A stretch of DNA of 36,478 nt from Patescibacteria group bacterium (GCA_040384905.1 JAZKIJ010000025.1:1-36478), one strand, 5' to 3'; positions 14,995 through 24,295 are shown, numbered from the stretch's first letter. The notes: a model not told the origin generated them from the sequence alone. Program-made: numbers and translations.

Positions 14995-16458
14995 ATGCAA
15001 AAAACGATTGTCGTCACCGGCGGAGCTGGCTTTGTGGGTTCACACCTCTGTGAGCGACTAGTAAAAGATGGACATCACGTTATCTCGCTTGATAATTATT
15101 TTACCGGCAGTGTCGAAAATCACGTGCCTGGAGTTGAGTATCGTACCGGTCACACTAAAGATATTGCTACCCTCATCCCTGAAACACCGGATGTAATTTT
15201 CCATTTGGGTGAGTATGCTCGAACGGAAAAAAGCTTTGAAGATATTGAGCTCGTGTGGGATTTAAATAAAACTGGAACGTTTGCTGTGCTTGAGTTTGCC
15301 CGCCGACACCAAGCAAAACTAATCTACGCAGGCTCATCCACTAAATTTGCCGATGGTGGGGAAGGTAGGGATCAAAGTCCTTATGCTTGGACTAAAGCCA
15401 CTAATACCGAGTTGGTAAAAAATTATGCCGAATGGTACGGGTTACATTATGCTATTACGTATTTTTATAATGTGTATGGCCCGAGAGAAATGAGTGGAGC
15501 GTACGGAACCTTAATTAAAATATTTTCAGATCTTTACGCTGCCGGTCAACCACTCACAGTGACTGCACCGGGAACGCAAACTAGAAACTTTACACACGTA
15601 TCTGATATTGTTTCCGGACTAGTGTTGGTAGGGGAGCAGGGTGTCGGTGACGGCTACGGCATAGGAGCGGATGAATCGTTTTCCGTGCTTGATGTGGCCC
15701 GCATGTTTTCTGATGAAATTATTATCTTGCCGGAACGCAAGGGGAATCGTTTGACCTCCGGCGTTGATAACCAAAAAGTTAAAGCTTTAGGCTGGCAACA
15801 ACAACAGCAATTACCACAGTGGATAGAAAACGCTAAAACAAATATCGGAAACGTTACCCATACCGAAGAACGGGTGTTGGTTTTTACGACCACCTTTTAT
15901 CCCCACGCGGGGCCGGCAGAATTTGCGTTGCTGGATTTGATGCGGGCTATTCCTCGGGTGCAGTTTGATGTGGTAACCAGTGCATTTTCTAAAATACCCG
16001 TTGATGAGAGTTTTAATTTACCTAATGTAACGGTGCATCGCGTTGGCTATGGTACACAAAGAGATAAGTTTTTACTCCCCATATTAGGCGCGCGAAAAGC
16101 TAGTCAATTACGCAAAGAACATACATATATTTTTCAGTGGTCATTATTTGCAAGCTATGGTGCGCTCGCTGCAGTACTTGGCCGTGGGAAACGTATTCCG
16201 CATTTAATTACACTCGCAGATCAAAAATTAGCTACCATTCCATTTTTTACCAAACTATTTTTATATCGGATTATCGGCAGTGCGGACCAGGTCTACGCTA
16301 TGGATACGTATGAAGCCAAAAGTGCTGCAACTATCAGTCGTCGAGCGTCACTCATTCGCTCTATTGGAAAAGGGGATGCGTTTGCCAATCAGCTAAGGGT
16401 AACCTATGGAAATTTTTTGCGTGAACGAATGAAGCGTAAAAATAATCCGGTAGTGTAA
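14995..16458 (+). CDS. Fusion of a UXS/ArnA-like extended SDR (nucleotide-sugar decarboxylase/dehydratase type) and a GT-B N-terminal half-domain (Glyco_trans_4-like)
   Basis: Residues 1 to about 285 carry VTGGAGFVGSHLCERL, LDNYFTGS and the catalytic YAWTK. Residues from about 290 to 487 (RVLVFTTTFYPHAGPAEFALLDL...NVTVHRVGYG...) align by eye to the N-domain of the next GT4 (RILIFSLAYYPKHIGGAEVAIKEI...NVNVHRIGLA) and have no EX7E C-domain. Confidence 0.6.
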   Translation: MQKTIVVTGGAGFVGSHLCERLVKDGHHVISLDNYFTGSVENHVPGVEYRTGHTKDIATLIPETPDVIFHLGEYARTEKSFEDIELVWDLNKTGTFAVLEFARRHQAKLIYAGSSTKFADGGEGRDQSPYAWTKATNTELVKNYAEWYGLHYAITYFYNVYGPREMSGAYGTLIKIFSDLYAAGQPLTVTAPGTQTRNFTHVSDIVSGLVLVGEQGVGDGYGIGADESFSVLDVARMFSDEIIILPERKGNRLTSGVDNQKVKALGWQQQQQLPQWIENAKTNIGNVTHTEERVLVFTTTFYPHAGPAEFALLDLMRAIPRVQFDVVTSAFSKIPVDESFNLPNVTVHRVGYGTQRDKFLLPILGARKASQLRKEHTYIFQWSLFASYGALAAVLGRGKRIPHLITLADQKLATIPFFTKLFLYRIIGSADQVYAMDTYEAKSAATISRRASLIRSIGKGDAFANQLRVTYGNFLRERMKRKNNPVV

Positions 16459-16460
16459 GT

Positions 16461-17672
16461 ATGAAAAAAAGAATTTTAATTTTCTCGTTAGCCTATTATC
16501 CCAAACACATTGGAGGAGCAGAGGTTGCGATTAAAGAAATTACTGACAGATTGTCACCGGAGGAATTTGAATTTCATGTGCTGTGTAATCGGTATGACTC
16601 CACACTCCCTAAAGAGGAAAAAATTAGAAATGTAAATGTTCATCGAATTGGGCTTGCGACTCAGAATCCAAGCATGGGAGATTTACGAAAGCTTCCGTTG
16701 CACCTATGCAAAATTACGTATCAATGGCAGGCATATTGGGAAGCCAAACGATTACACAAAAAATATCACTTTGATGGTATCTGGGCGATGATGGCTCATA
16801 GCTGTGGAATTCCTGCTGCTAAATTTAAAAAGCGGTTTCCGACTGTACCGTATGTGTTAACCCTGCAAGAAGGTGACCCACCTGAATATATTGAACGTAA
16901 GATGCGTATCTTTGGAAAAGTTTTTAATGAAGCGTTTACCAAAGCGGATGTTATTCAATCTATCTCAACCTTTTTACAACGGTGGGCTGTTTCTAAAGGT
17001 GCTACTGGAAAATTAGTATTCATTCCCAATGCCGTAGATACTAAAAAATTTACTAAAGTGCAAAGCCCTTCAGAACGTGAAGCTTTACGCAAAGAGCTGG
17101 GGCTCGCGCCTACTGATGTGGCTCTCGTTACGACCTCTCGGTTAGTGCATAAAAATGCAGTTGATGATGTTATACGGGCACTGGCGTTATTACCGGCGCA
17201 CGTAAAATTTGTGGTGTTTGGCGTGGGTCCCGATGAAGAACAGTTAAAAAATCTCATTACCGAACTACAGCTCACGGATCGGGTTTTAATGCGTGGACAA
17301 ATTGGGCATGATGTTATGCCGGCGTATCTAAAAGCTTGTGACATTTTTATTCGACCGTCCCGGTCTGAAGGAATGGGAAATTCATTTGTAGAAGCGATGG
17401 CGGCAGAGTTGCCCGTAATTGCAACCCAAGAGGGAGGGATTGCCGATTTTCTTTTTGATGCCACTCGTAACCCTCATGCAGACACTACAGGTTGGGCCGT
17501 TGACAAAGATTCACCCGCTGATATCGCCAAGGCGGTGAATGCTATTTTGGGTAATACCCCTAACGTTGCCACAGTTGTCGCCGACGCTAAAGCGATGGCT
17601 ATTGCAAAATATGACTGGAATTTAATTGCTGCCAGAATGAAAGCCGAAGTATTTGATACTTTGTGGAAGTAG
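16461..17672 (+). CDS. Glycosyltransferase family 4 (GT-B)
   Basis: 403 aa with the C-domain motif RPSRSEGMGNSFVEAMAAELPVIATQEGGIADF. It starts 2 nt after the previous stop. Confidence 0.8.
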   Translation: MKKRILIFSLAYYPKHIGGAEVAIKEITDRLSPEEFEFHVLCNRYDSTLPKEEKIRNVNVHRIGLATQNPSMGDLRKLPLHLCKITYQWQAYWEAKRLHKKYHFDGIWAMMAHSCGIPAAKFKKRFPTVPYVLTLQEGDPPEYIERKMRIFGKVFNEAFTKADVIQSISTFLQRWAVSKGATGKLVFIPNAVDTKKFTKVQSPSEREALRKELGLAPTDVALVTTSRLVHKNAVDDVIRALALLPAHVKFVVFGVGPDEEQLKNLITELQLTDRVLMRGQIGHDVMPAYLKACDIFIRPSRSEGMGNSFVEAMAAELPVIATQEGGIADFLFDATRNPHADTTGWAVDKDSPADIAKAVNAILGNTPNVATVVADAKAMAIAKYDWNLIAARMKAEVFDTLWK

Positions 17673-17698
17673 GAGGTGATTTGCTATACTTTCCTCAT

Positions 17699-18814
17699 AT
17701 GAAAATTCTCTTGGCGGCGGGTATTTTTCCACCCGATATTGGCGGACCCGCTACCTACGCGCAGATGCTTGATGATGAACTGCCTAAGGCGGGGATAGAC
17801 GTGACGGTGGTGCCGTACGGACTTGTTCGTTCACTCCCAAAAGCCATCCGCCATCTCGCGTATATGCGCTTGTTATGGAAAGCCGCCGCGGACTGCTCGG
17901 TTATCTATGCGCTTGATCCCATGAGTGTGGGGGTGCCAGCACGGATTGTGGCCTTTGTACGCCGGAAACATTTTGTGGTGCGATTGGGTGGTGACTATGC
18001 GTGGGAGCAGGGAGTACAACGGTACGGTATCAAGGATACCTTGGATGCCTATACTAGTCATCAGTCACCCCGGCCACTGCCCGTACGCTTTATGGCCTGG
18101 CTCCAAACGAGAGTGGTGCGTGGAGCGCGCGTCGTCGTTGTGCCGAGTAACTACATGCAGGGGATTGTGAGTAGCTGGGGAATCAAGAAAGAAACCATTC
18201 GCGTTATCTATAGTGCCCTCCATCCACTCGCTCCGATGGACGATCGACAGATTTTACGTGACGACTTTTTATTTACCGGTTTCGTGATATCAAGTGTCGC
18301 TCGCCTTACGCCGTGGAAGGGAATGAGCACCTTAATTGACCTTGTAGCTGAGCGAAAGAAACGCGGGGACATAGTGACGCTCGTGATTGGGGGCGACGGT
18401 CCGGAACGAAAGGCACTTGAAGCACAAGTAAAAACTCTTGGGGTAGCAGAGCAGGTACGTTTTGTGGGGGCGCTCACACGAGACGCCATGGCCGCTGTGG
18501 TCTACGCGTCAGATATTTTTATTTTAAATACCGCGTATGAAGGACTGTCCCATCAGTTACTTGAGGTCATGGATATTGGCACCCCGATTATTACGACCGA
18601 CATTGGGGGCAATCCGGAACTCATCACTGATGGGGTAGAGGGGTTACTGGTGCCGGTTAATGATAGGCAGGCCGTTGATAATGCTCTTACCAAAATCCAA
18701 ACCAACGCCACGCTACGAGAGCAATTGGTAGCCGCCGCCAAAAATCGCGTAACCTTTTTCAAATCCAACACCGTTATAGAAGAAATGGCTAAAGTGTTTA
18801 CTGCCTTGCACTAG
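17699..18814 (+). CDS. Glycosyltransferase family 4
   Basis: MKILLAAGIFPPDIGGPATYA at the N-terminus and EGLSHQLLEVMDIGTPIITTDIGGNPELI in the C-domain. The track ORF begins at GTG 17663, which overlaps the previous gene, so I prefer ATG 17699. The start remains uncertain. Confidence 0.75.
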   Translation: MKILLAAGIFPPDIGGPATYAQMLDDELPKAGIDVTVVPYGLVRSLPKAIRHLAYMRLLWKAAADCSVIYALDPMSVGVPARIVAFVRRKHFVVRLGGDYAWEQGVQRYGIKDTLDAYTSHQSPRPLPVRFMAWLQTRVVRGARVVVVPSNYMQGIVSSWGIKKETIRVIYSALHPLAPMDDRQILRDDFLFTGFVISSVARLTPWKGMSTLIDLVAERKKRGDIVTLVIGGDGPERKALEAQVKTLGVAEQVRFVGALTRDAMAAVVYASDIFILNTAYEGLSHQLLEVMDIGTPIITTDIGGNPELITDGVEGLLVPVNDRQAVDNALTKIQTNATLREQLVAAAKNRVTFFKSNTVIEEMAKVFTALH

Positions 18815-18853
18815 GCAGAAATGAGGCAATTTAGCTAAATAGTGCGCATTGTG

Positions 18854-18859
18854 TATACT
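18854..18859 (+). promoter_or_regulatory. -10 hexamer TATACT, 8 nt upstream of ATG 18868
   Basis: gtgtatact-taaatcct-ATG, with no SD sequence. Confidence 0.35.
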
Positions 18860-18867
18860 TAAATCCT

Positions 18868-19980
18868 ATGAAAAGAATAGCTATTTTAGCAATAGGTCGT
18901 GATGTGTCGGCCTTAACTCCTGGTACACCTTTAAACGAACGACTCACGCTTTATGATAGCTACCACACGTTTATCTATGTAATCATGGCAGTTGGTGCTC
19001 CTAAAAAAATAATGATAGGGACAAGTGTAGTAGTAACCGGCGGTGGAAAAAGTTTTATCGGAGCATTTTTTAACGCCCTTAGGGTAGCATTCAGAGAAAC
19101 AAAAAAATACCCTGATATAAAATTGGTCACTACTCAAGACGTGCTCTACGCTGGAGTAGTGGGGTATGTGGTTTCTTTATTGAAGCGAAAACCTCTGTAT
19201 GTACAATTGCATGGTGACTATCTTGATAATCCCGCGTGGTTTACGAGTAAGGTTGGGTACGGTAATCGCGTAATGAACTTTATTGGTAAATGGATTTTGA
19301 GACGAGCTGATGCTATCCGAGTGGTTTCTCAACGTCTCCTTACACAAATTGTTCGCGAGCAAGGGATTGAAGAGAGTAAACTAATTTCTATACCAATTGG
19401 AACTGATTTAAGTATTTTTAGTCAGACAGAAAATAGGCAAAGAAGTAAAACGTTATTATTTGTCGGACGGCTTATTCCGGAGAAAGAGCCATTGTTGTTT
19501 GTGAATGTAGCTTCTACTATTTGTAAAAAATACCCTGATGTTATGATTGGGATAGCGGGGGACGGCTTTTTAAAAGAGGAAATGTTCAATCGTTTTAACC
19601 AAGAAGGGTTGTCGAGCCGAGTAAAATTTTATGGCGCGCTGGCGCAGCGAGAGCTTTCAAATGTGTACGCTCAATCGTATTGTTATATTCATACCGCTGG
19701 TTGGGAGGGGTGGGGAATGCCGATGATTGAGTCAATGGCTGCGGGTTGTCCGGTTGTAACGACTGATTCCGGGTGTGCGGGTGAAGCAATCAGAAATATG
19801 GAAACGGGAATGGTGGTGCCAGTAAACGATGAAGCGGGCCTAGTGTTGGCAACGGAAGCAATTTTAAACGATAGTACACTATGGAATAGTTTGGTAGAAA
19901 ATGGGAAGAAAGAAGCCGAACTATGGTCACTGAAACATTTAGCAGTCGTAAATATGGAATGGTATGCCTCAGTCAAATAA
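18868..19980 (+). CDS. Glycosyltransferase family 4
   Basis: 370 aa with the motif GWEGWGMPMIESMAAGCPVVTTDSGCAGEAI. Confidence 0.75.
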   Translation: MKRIAILAIGRDVSALTPGTPLNERLTLYDSYHTFIYVIMAVGAPKKIMIGTSVVVTGGGKSFIGAFFNALRVAFRETKKYPDIKLVTTQDVLYAGVVGYVVSLLKRKPLYVQLHGDYLDNPAWFTSKVGYGNRVMNFIGKWILRRADAIRVVSQRLLTQIVREQGIEESKLISIPIGTDLSIFSQTENRQRSKTLLFVGRLIPEKEPLLFVNVASTICKKYPDVMIGIAGDGFLKEEMFNRFNQEGLSSRVKFYGALAQRELSNVYAQSYCYIHTAGWEGWGMPMIESMAAGCPVVTTDSGCAGEAIRNMETGMVVPVNDEAGLVLATEAILNDSTLWNSLVENGKKEAELWSLKHLAVVNMEWYASVK

Positions 19981-20920
19981 AAAAATAATTCTCGTCAGTG
20001 GAGTGGGTGGACCGGCCGGCATTAACGCGGCGCGGTTATTACAAAACGAACCAGATGTTTGGGTGATTGGTGCTGATATTGATGCTCTTTCGGCTGGTCG
20101 TTTTTTTGTTAATGAATTTGTAATTTCTCCGCGGGTATCGGAGGTCACAGCCTATACAAATTGGCTTACCGATATCATTGCAGCAAAGCAGATAGCGTTA
20201 TTTATTCCTACGGTTCATGAAGAATTGCCGCTCGTAAGCAATCTCAAAGATTCACTTCCGTGTCTAACAATTGTTTCTGATTCAAGCGCCATTACCTTAG
20301 GAGATGATAAATTGGGTCTGTACCAATGGGCTGAAGTGCATATCCCTGACAACACCATTCCATTTATCCTGTTACGAGATTGGAGCGAGGACTGGTTAGC
20401 TGATGAAGTGCAATTTATTAAACCGCGTCAAGGACGCGGTGGTAGAGGGTGTATAAAGGTGACAAAAAAAGAATTACATAATTTAAAAAACTCAGAAGAA
20501 AACCAAGAGAATTTTATTGTCATGAAATATATGCCGGGAACAGAGTGGACAGTAGATGCCTATCGTTCCAAAAATGGCCAGATGGTATATACCGTCCCTC
20601 GAGAGAGAATCGGGTTGGCTGGAGGAATATCAATTAAAGGAAAAACCGTCAGGCACGAATCACTTATCGCGTTGTCAAATGAGGTTTGTCACACTATTGG
20701 TTTTTACGGTCCGGTGTGTTTGCAGTGGCGCGCTGACAGTGAAGGTGTGCCAAAACTAATTGAAATTAACCCTCGGTTATCTGGCGGATTACCGATTTCA
20801 ACTATGGCTGGCGTTAATCCTATAACAGCGGTGCTGTCAGAATTAAACGGGGAAGAGCCAGCCACGCAATCCTGGGAGGAGGTAACTATTGTTGGTCATT
20901 TTGAGTATAAAAAGGTATAA
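19964..20920 (+). CDS. ATP-grasp domain ligase (PylC/BtrJ/CPSase-like preATP-grasp plus ATP-grasp)
   Basis: 318 aa with N-terminal ILVSGVGGPAGIN, FIKPRQGRGGRG, and KLIEINPRLSGG near the C-terminus. It overlaps the upstream GT4 by 17 nt. Confidence 0.7.
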   Translation: MPQSNKKIILVSGVGGPAGINAARLLQNEPDVWVIGADIDALSAGRFFVNEFVISPRVSEVTAYTNWLTDIIAAKQIALFIPTVHEELPLVSNLKDSLPCLTIVSDSSAITLGDDKLGLYQWAEVHIPDNTIPFILLRDWSEDWLADEVQFIKPRQGRGGRGCIKVTKKELHNLKNSEENQENFIVMKYMPGTEWTVDAYRSKNGQMVYTVPRERIGLAGGISIKGKTVRHESLIALSNEVCHTIGFYGPVCLQWRADSEGVPKLIEINPRLSGGLPISTMAGVNPITAVLSELNGEEPATQSWEEVTIVGHFEYKKV

Positions 20921-20929
20921 ATTACAGGT

Positions 20930-21556
20930 ATGAAAATATTAGCTATTGGATCCCATCCTGATGATATAGAAATTGGCTGTGGCGGTTCGTTACTTAAACA
21001 TAAAGCGGCTGGAGATACGGTTCACACCATTGTATTAACTGGTGGTGGTCGTGGTGGTGATAGTGGATTTACCATGGATGAAACCTTAGTCGGAACACGG
21101 TGCAGTGAAGCGCAGGCTGGAGCTGATGTGATGGGGGTGACGGTTGAGTGTTGGGAGTATCGAGATGGAGAAATTCCCGAAACCGTTGAACTCATTAATC
21201 GCATTGAAAAAATCGTTAAGGAATTTAAACCCGATCGCGTGTATTTGCCGTACGGTAATGATACGCATCAGGATCACCGCATTACCTCACATGTCGCCAA
21301 GTCAGCATGTCGAAAAGTAAAACAAATTCTCGAGTACGAAGAGCCATCAAGTTATAATTCCTTTAACGCCACCTACTGGATTGATATCACACCGTACATT
21401 GAAAAGAAAATGGATGCCATTAAAGCACACGTCAGTCAGGGACATAAAGAAATATTAAAAGCAAAATCTATCGAAGGATTAAACCTGTACCGTGGCTATC
21501 AATCACATGTTGAATACGCTGAGGGGTTTGCAACTTTTCGGTTTCTAGAGGCCTAA
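20930..21556 (+). CDS. PIG-L/LmbE-family N-acetylglucosaminyl deacetylase
   Basis: 208 aa with ILAIGSHPDDIEIGCGG and the HQDH metal-binding motif. Confidence 0.8.
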   Translation: MKILAIGSHPDDIEIGCGGSLLKHKAAGDTVHTIVLTGGGRGGDSGFTMDETLVGTRCSEAQAGADVMGVTVECWEYRDGEIPETVELINRIEKIVKEFKPDRVYLPYGNDTHQDHRITSHVAKSACRKVKQILEYEEPSSYNSFNATYWIDITPYIEKKMDAIKAHVSQGHKEILKAKSIEGLNLYRGYQSHVEYAEGFATFRFLEA

Positions 21557-21576
21557 ACTAATTGCATACATTCTCT

Positions 21577-22302
21577 ATGTCTGACATTAAAAAACCAATA
21601 ATTATTTTTGATGTCGACGGTACTCTGGTCGTTGAGTCAGATCGTTTACTGGCCCAAACCAAAGCAGTCGCCTACCATTTTGGTGGTTTGCCAGCAGAGA
21701 TGCAGGCAGTACTCTACGCATTTTTTGCCATTAATGACGAAGTTACTAAAGAAAAGCCACATCTAAAAAACAACATTTCATTGTATATGAAAATGGTGGG
21801 TGAACGTCTCGGGATAGCAACGAGTGAAGCTGAGGCAGAAACATTAGCAACGCAATGGACTGAAGCGTACAAAAACTCGCATACTAAACCCGTGCTATTT
21901 CCCGATGCTTATATGTGTCTAGAAACGCTGAGTCAAAGAGGTTTTAGATTGGTAGTAGCCAGTGGCAATACGGTAGCGACGCGCACAGATATGTTAGAGC
22001 AAACAGGTATCGCACAATTTTTTTCTCAGATATATGCTGCCACTGATGTGGGGTATCAAAAACAAGATGTGCGGTTTTGGGAAAGTATTCTTTCGAGTCT
22101 CGATATTGCACCAGAGGAAAAAGTAATGGTGATTGGCAACCAATTAAACGATGACATTCTCCAGCCTATCCACTTAGGACACTTGGCATTTTTAATTGAA
22201 CGACCTAGTGAATTAAAAAAGATACAAGAAGAACCACGTATCACTCCAACAGCAATCTTTAACAACCTTCAAGAATTGGTTGATAGCTCCTATTTTTCAT
22301 AG
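21577..22302 (+). CDS. HAD-superfamily hydrolase/phosphatase
   Basis: Motif I is IIFDVDGTLV, motif II is VVASGNT, and motifs III/IV are K...IGNQLNDDI. The track start is TTG 21562, but ATG 21577 is the more likely start. Confidence 0.7.
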   Translation: MSDIKKPIIIFDVDGTLVVESDRLLAQTKAVAYHFGGLPAEMQAVLYAFFAINDEVTKEKPHLKNNISLYMKMVGERLGIATSEAEAETLATQWTEAYKNSHTKPVLFPDAYMCLETLSQRGFRLVVASGNTVATRTDMLEQTGIAQFFSQIYAATDVGYQKQDVRFWESILSSLDIAPEEKVMVIGNQLNDDILQPIHLGHLAFLIERPSELKKIQEEPRITPTAIFNNLQELVDSSYFS

Positions 22303-22303
22303 T

Positions 22304-23413
22304 ATGAAATTATCCAATACTGCATCTTCCGTTTGTTTTATCATGCAACATGTGACTCCGGGTACACATATGGATTATGTGTATGAAATGGCCCGCACCC
22401 TTAAAGAAGATGAAGGGTTACCGTTAACGTTATTAATTGAAAAGCCGAGCGCAGAGGTAATGCCACCCTGGGCAATAATGCAGCGTTACAAATTTCCCTT
22501 ATTGAGAATATTTGAAAATGTATGGCTGATTGGCAGAGAGCGGTGGCGGGGGACCAAAACATTTTATGTGCACTATTCATTTTTAAGTGCTATTTCAGCG
22601 GGATTAATTACTAAACTGTTTGGTGGGCGGGTATTCTATTGGAATGCCGGGATGCCCTGGTTATACAAACGTTCCTGGAAAGAGGACTGGTATCAAAAAG
22701 TAGCCTATCGATTAATCACTCGGTTAATAACGGGTGCAGAAGCCCTAATTCATGGGTATTGCCAAACCTATGGTCTAAAGCCTTCTCAGGTAACGGTGAT
22801 ACCTAATTGGATTGATATCAAACAAATAACAAAAGAGGTGTCGCTTAAAAAGACTGTGAGAGACGAGTTATCAATTCCCGAAACGGCACCGATAGTATTA
22901 TTTGTACATAAATTATCGAGACGAAAAGGTGCTCATTTTTTGCCGGAGATAATGAAGCAAATAACTGTCCCCAAAGTTCATATGGTAGTAGTGGGGGACG
23001 GTCCATTACAACAAGAATTACAAAATGAAATTAATGGTTCGGAAGTTGGTAACCGGGTACATTTTTTAGGCTCTGTACCACGAGCGCGGGTAAAAGAATT
23101 ATATCAAGCAGCCGATATTTTCATTATGCCTTCAGAAGAGGAAGGCTCACCTCATTCATTGATTGAAGCCATGGCTTATGGTGCTCCATTCGTTGCGTTT
23201 GATGTAGGGGGAGTAGGAGAGACTGCTACCCAAGCGCTATTGGAGTATGTAATTCCTTTTGGCGACACTGCACTCTTTTGTGAAAAAATTACTCATTTAC
23301 TTACAAACCCAGCCCACTATTCTCATGTTGTGTCTTTAGAATTGCAGGTTATTAAAAGGTATAATAAAGCAACAGTTGTCGAGCAATTTAAAAAACTCAT
23401 TTCAACTAATTAA
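22304..23413 (+). CDS. Glycosyltransferase family 4
   Basis: Motif MPSEEEGSPHSLIEAMAYGAPFVAFDVGGVGE. ATG 22304 lies 1 nt after the HAD stop, whereas the track start 22280 overlaps that gene. Confidence 0.75.
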   Translation: MKLSNTASSVCFIMQHVTPGTHMDYVYEMARTLKEDEGLPLTLLIEKPSAEVMPPWAIMQRYKFPLLRIFENVWLIGRERWRGTKTFYVHYSFLSAISAGLITKLFGGRVFYWNAGMPWLYKRSWKEDWYQKVAYRLITRLITGAEALIHGYCQTYGLKPSQVTVIPNWIDIKQITKEVSLKKTVRDELSIPETAPIVLFVHKLSRRKGAHFLPEIMKQITVPKVHMVVVGDGPLQQELQNEINGSEVGNRVHFLGSVPRARVKELYQAADIFIMPSEEEGSPHSLIEAMAYGAPFVAFDVGGVGETATQALLEYVIPFGDTALFCEKITHLLTNPAHYSHVVSLELQVIKRYNKATVVEQFKKLISTN

Positions 23414-23458
23414 TTTTATAAATAATATAATCAACTGTAAAAAGTTGATATAAAATAT

Positions 23459-24202
23459 ATGAGTATATATAAAAATCAAATATTATCTAAGGTAACCATA
23501 ATAAATGGTATAATCGCGAGTTTATTTATATTTTTACTTGCTTCTCAGCAATTATTAGCTGCGCCGATGAATCGTGCCGTGCAATTATCTGATGGGGATT
23601 ATTTGAATATTGCTGATGAAGAGCAAGTTGGTTTGGATATCTCAGGAGATATGACAATTGCAATGTGGGTTAAGCCTACGACTCTTGAGGGTAACATGGC
23701 CCTAATATCAAAATGGAACCGAGCTGACAAAACCTCGTATATTTTATTCTTGGAAGAGGGGCTAGTTGGTGTTCATTTAAATGATGAACCGAGTGGGTAT
23801 GACTATAGTCGATTATTTGCACTTCACGGTAAAAATGCCAATGAATGGTTCCAGGTAGCAATGGTTTATAATGCTGCAAGTACATCAATAGAATTATTTG
23901 TTAATGGGGTCTCAATTGGTATGTCCTATGAAGTTCCATCGAGTATTTCTAATACAGATGCAGATTTTGTAATAGGGGGTCGTGAGGATAGAATCGCACC
24001 ATTTTCAGGTAAAATTGATGATGTAATTATTTTTAATAGAGCGCTCTCTCACAGCGAAATCACAAGCTTATATAATAAACCCAAGTCCTTGCTAAATGAC
24101 ATTGCCATTCAAGGTTTTTGGCGGTTCAATAACGACCTGTTAGATGAGTCTTCAAATAGTAACGATTTAGGACCTAAATTTAGTAATGATGTACCCTTAT
24201 AA
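23459..24202 (+). CDS. Secreted or anchored LamG (concanavalin-A-like lectin, Laminin_G_3) domain protein
   Basis: There is an N-terminal hydrophobic signal/anchor (IINGIIASLFIFLLASQQLLA). LamG_3 hallmarks are GDMTIAMWVKP, LISKW and FSGKIDDVIIFNRALSHSEITSLY. Confidence 0.7.
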   Translation: MSIYKNQILSKVTIINGIIASLFIFLLASQQLLAAPMNRAVQLSDGDYLNIADEEQVGLDISGDMTIAMWVKPTTLEGNMALISKWNRADKTSYILFLEEGLVGVHLNDEPSGYDYSRLFALHGKNANEWFQVAMVYNAASTSIELFVNGVSIGMSYEVPSSISNTDADFVIGGREDRIAPFSGKIDDVIIFNRALSHSEITSLYNKPKSLLNDIAIQGFWRFNNDLLDESSNSNDLGPKFSNDVPL

Positions 24203-24219
24203 AAAATCATTATTAAGTT

Positions 24220-24249
24220 AAAACAAAACCCCTTTGGGGGTTTTGTTTT
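24220..24249 (+). terminator. Rho-independent terminator
   Basis: A 13-bp stem aaaacaaaacccc / ggggttttgtttt with loop tttg. Confidence 0.7.
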
Positions 24250-24282
24250 ATAGCTAAAGTATATTTTGCAGTTGTTTTCTGT

Positions 24283-24288
24283 TATAGT
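24283..24288 (+). promoter_or_regulatory. -10 hexamer TATAGT, 7 nt upstream of ATG 24296
   Basis: tatagt-acaaacc-ATG. Confidence 0.35.
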
Positions 24289-24295
24289 ACAAACC

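Noticed and set aside
16955-17464. 169-aa minus-strand ORF inside the GT4 gene. Similar antisense ORFs occur at 8455-8799, 14531-14866, 18208-18489, 19689-19976, 25516-25863, 31396-31910 and 34817-35119.
   Set aside because: All are embedded antisense within genes that carry strong family motifs. Their products are Ser/Arg/Pro-rich or low complexity. They are typical shadow ORFs.
23430-23449. Inverted repeat atcaact-gtaaaa-agttgat at the left edge of the AT-rich island, considered as a possible mobile-element end
   Set aside because: It is only 7 bp, AT-rich and has no partner at the right edge (32899-32982). It is more likely a weak hairpin or operator, and is insufficient evidence for a terminal inverted repeat.
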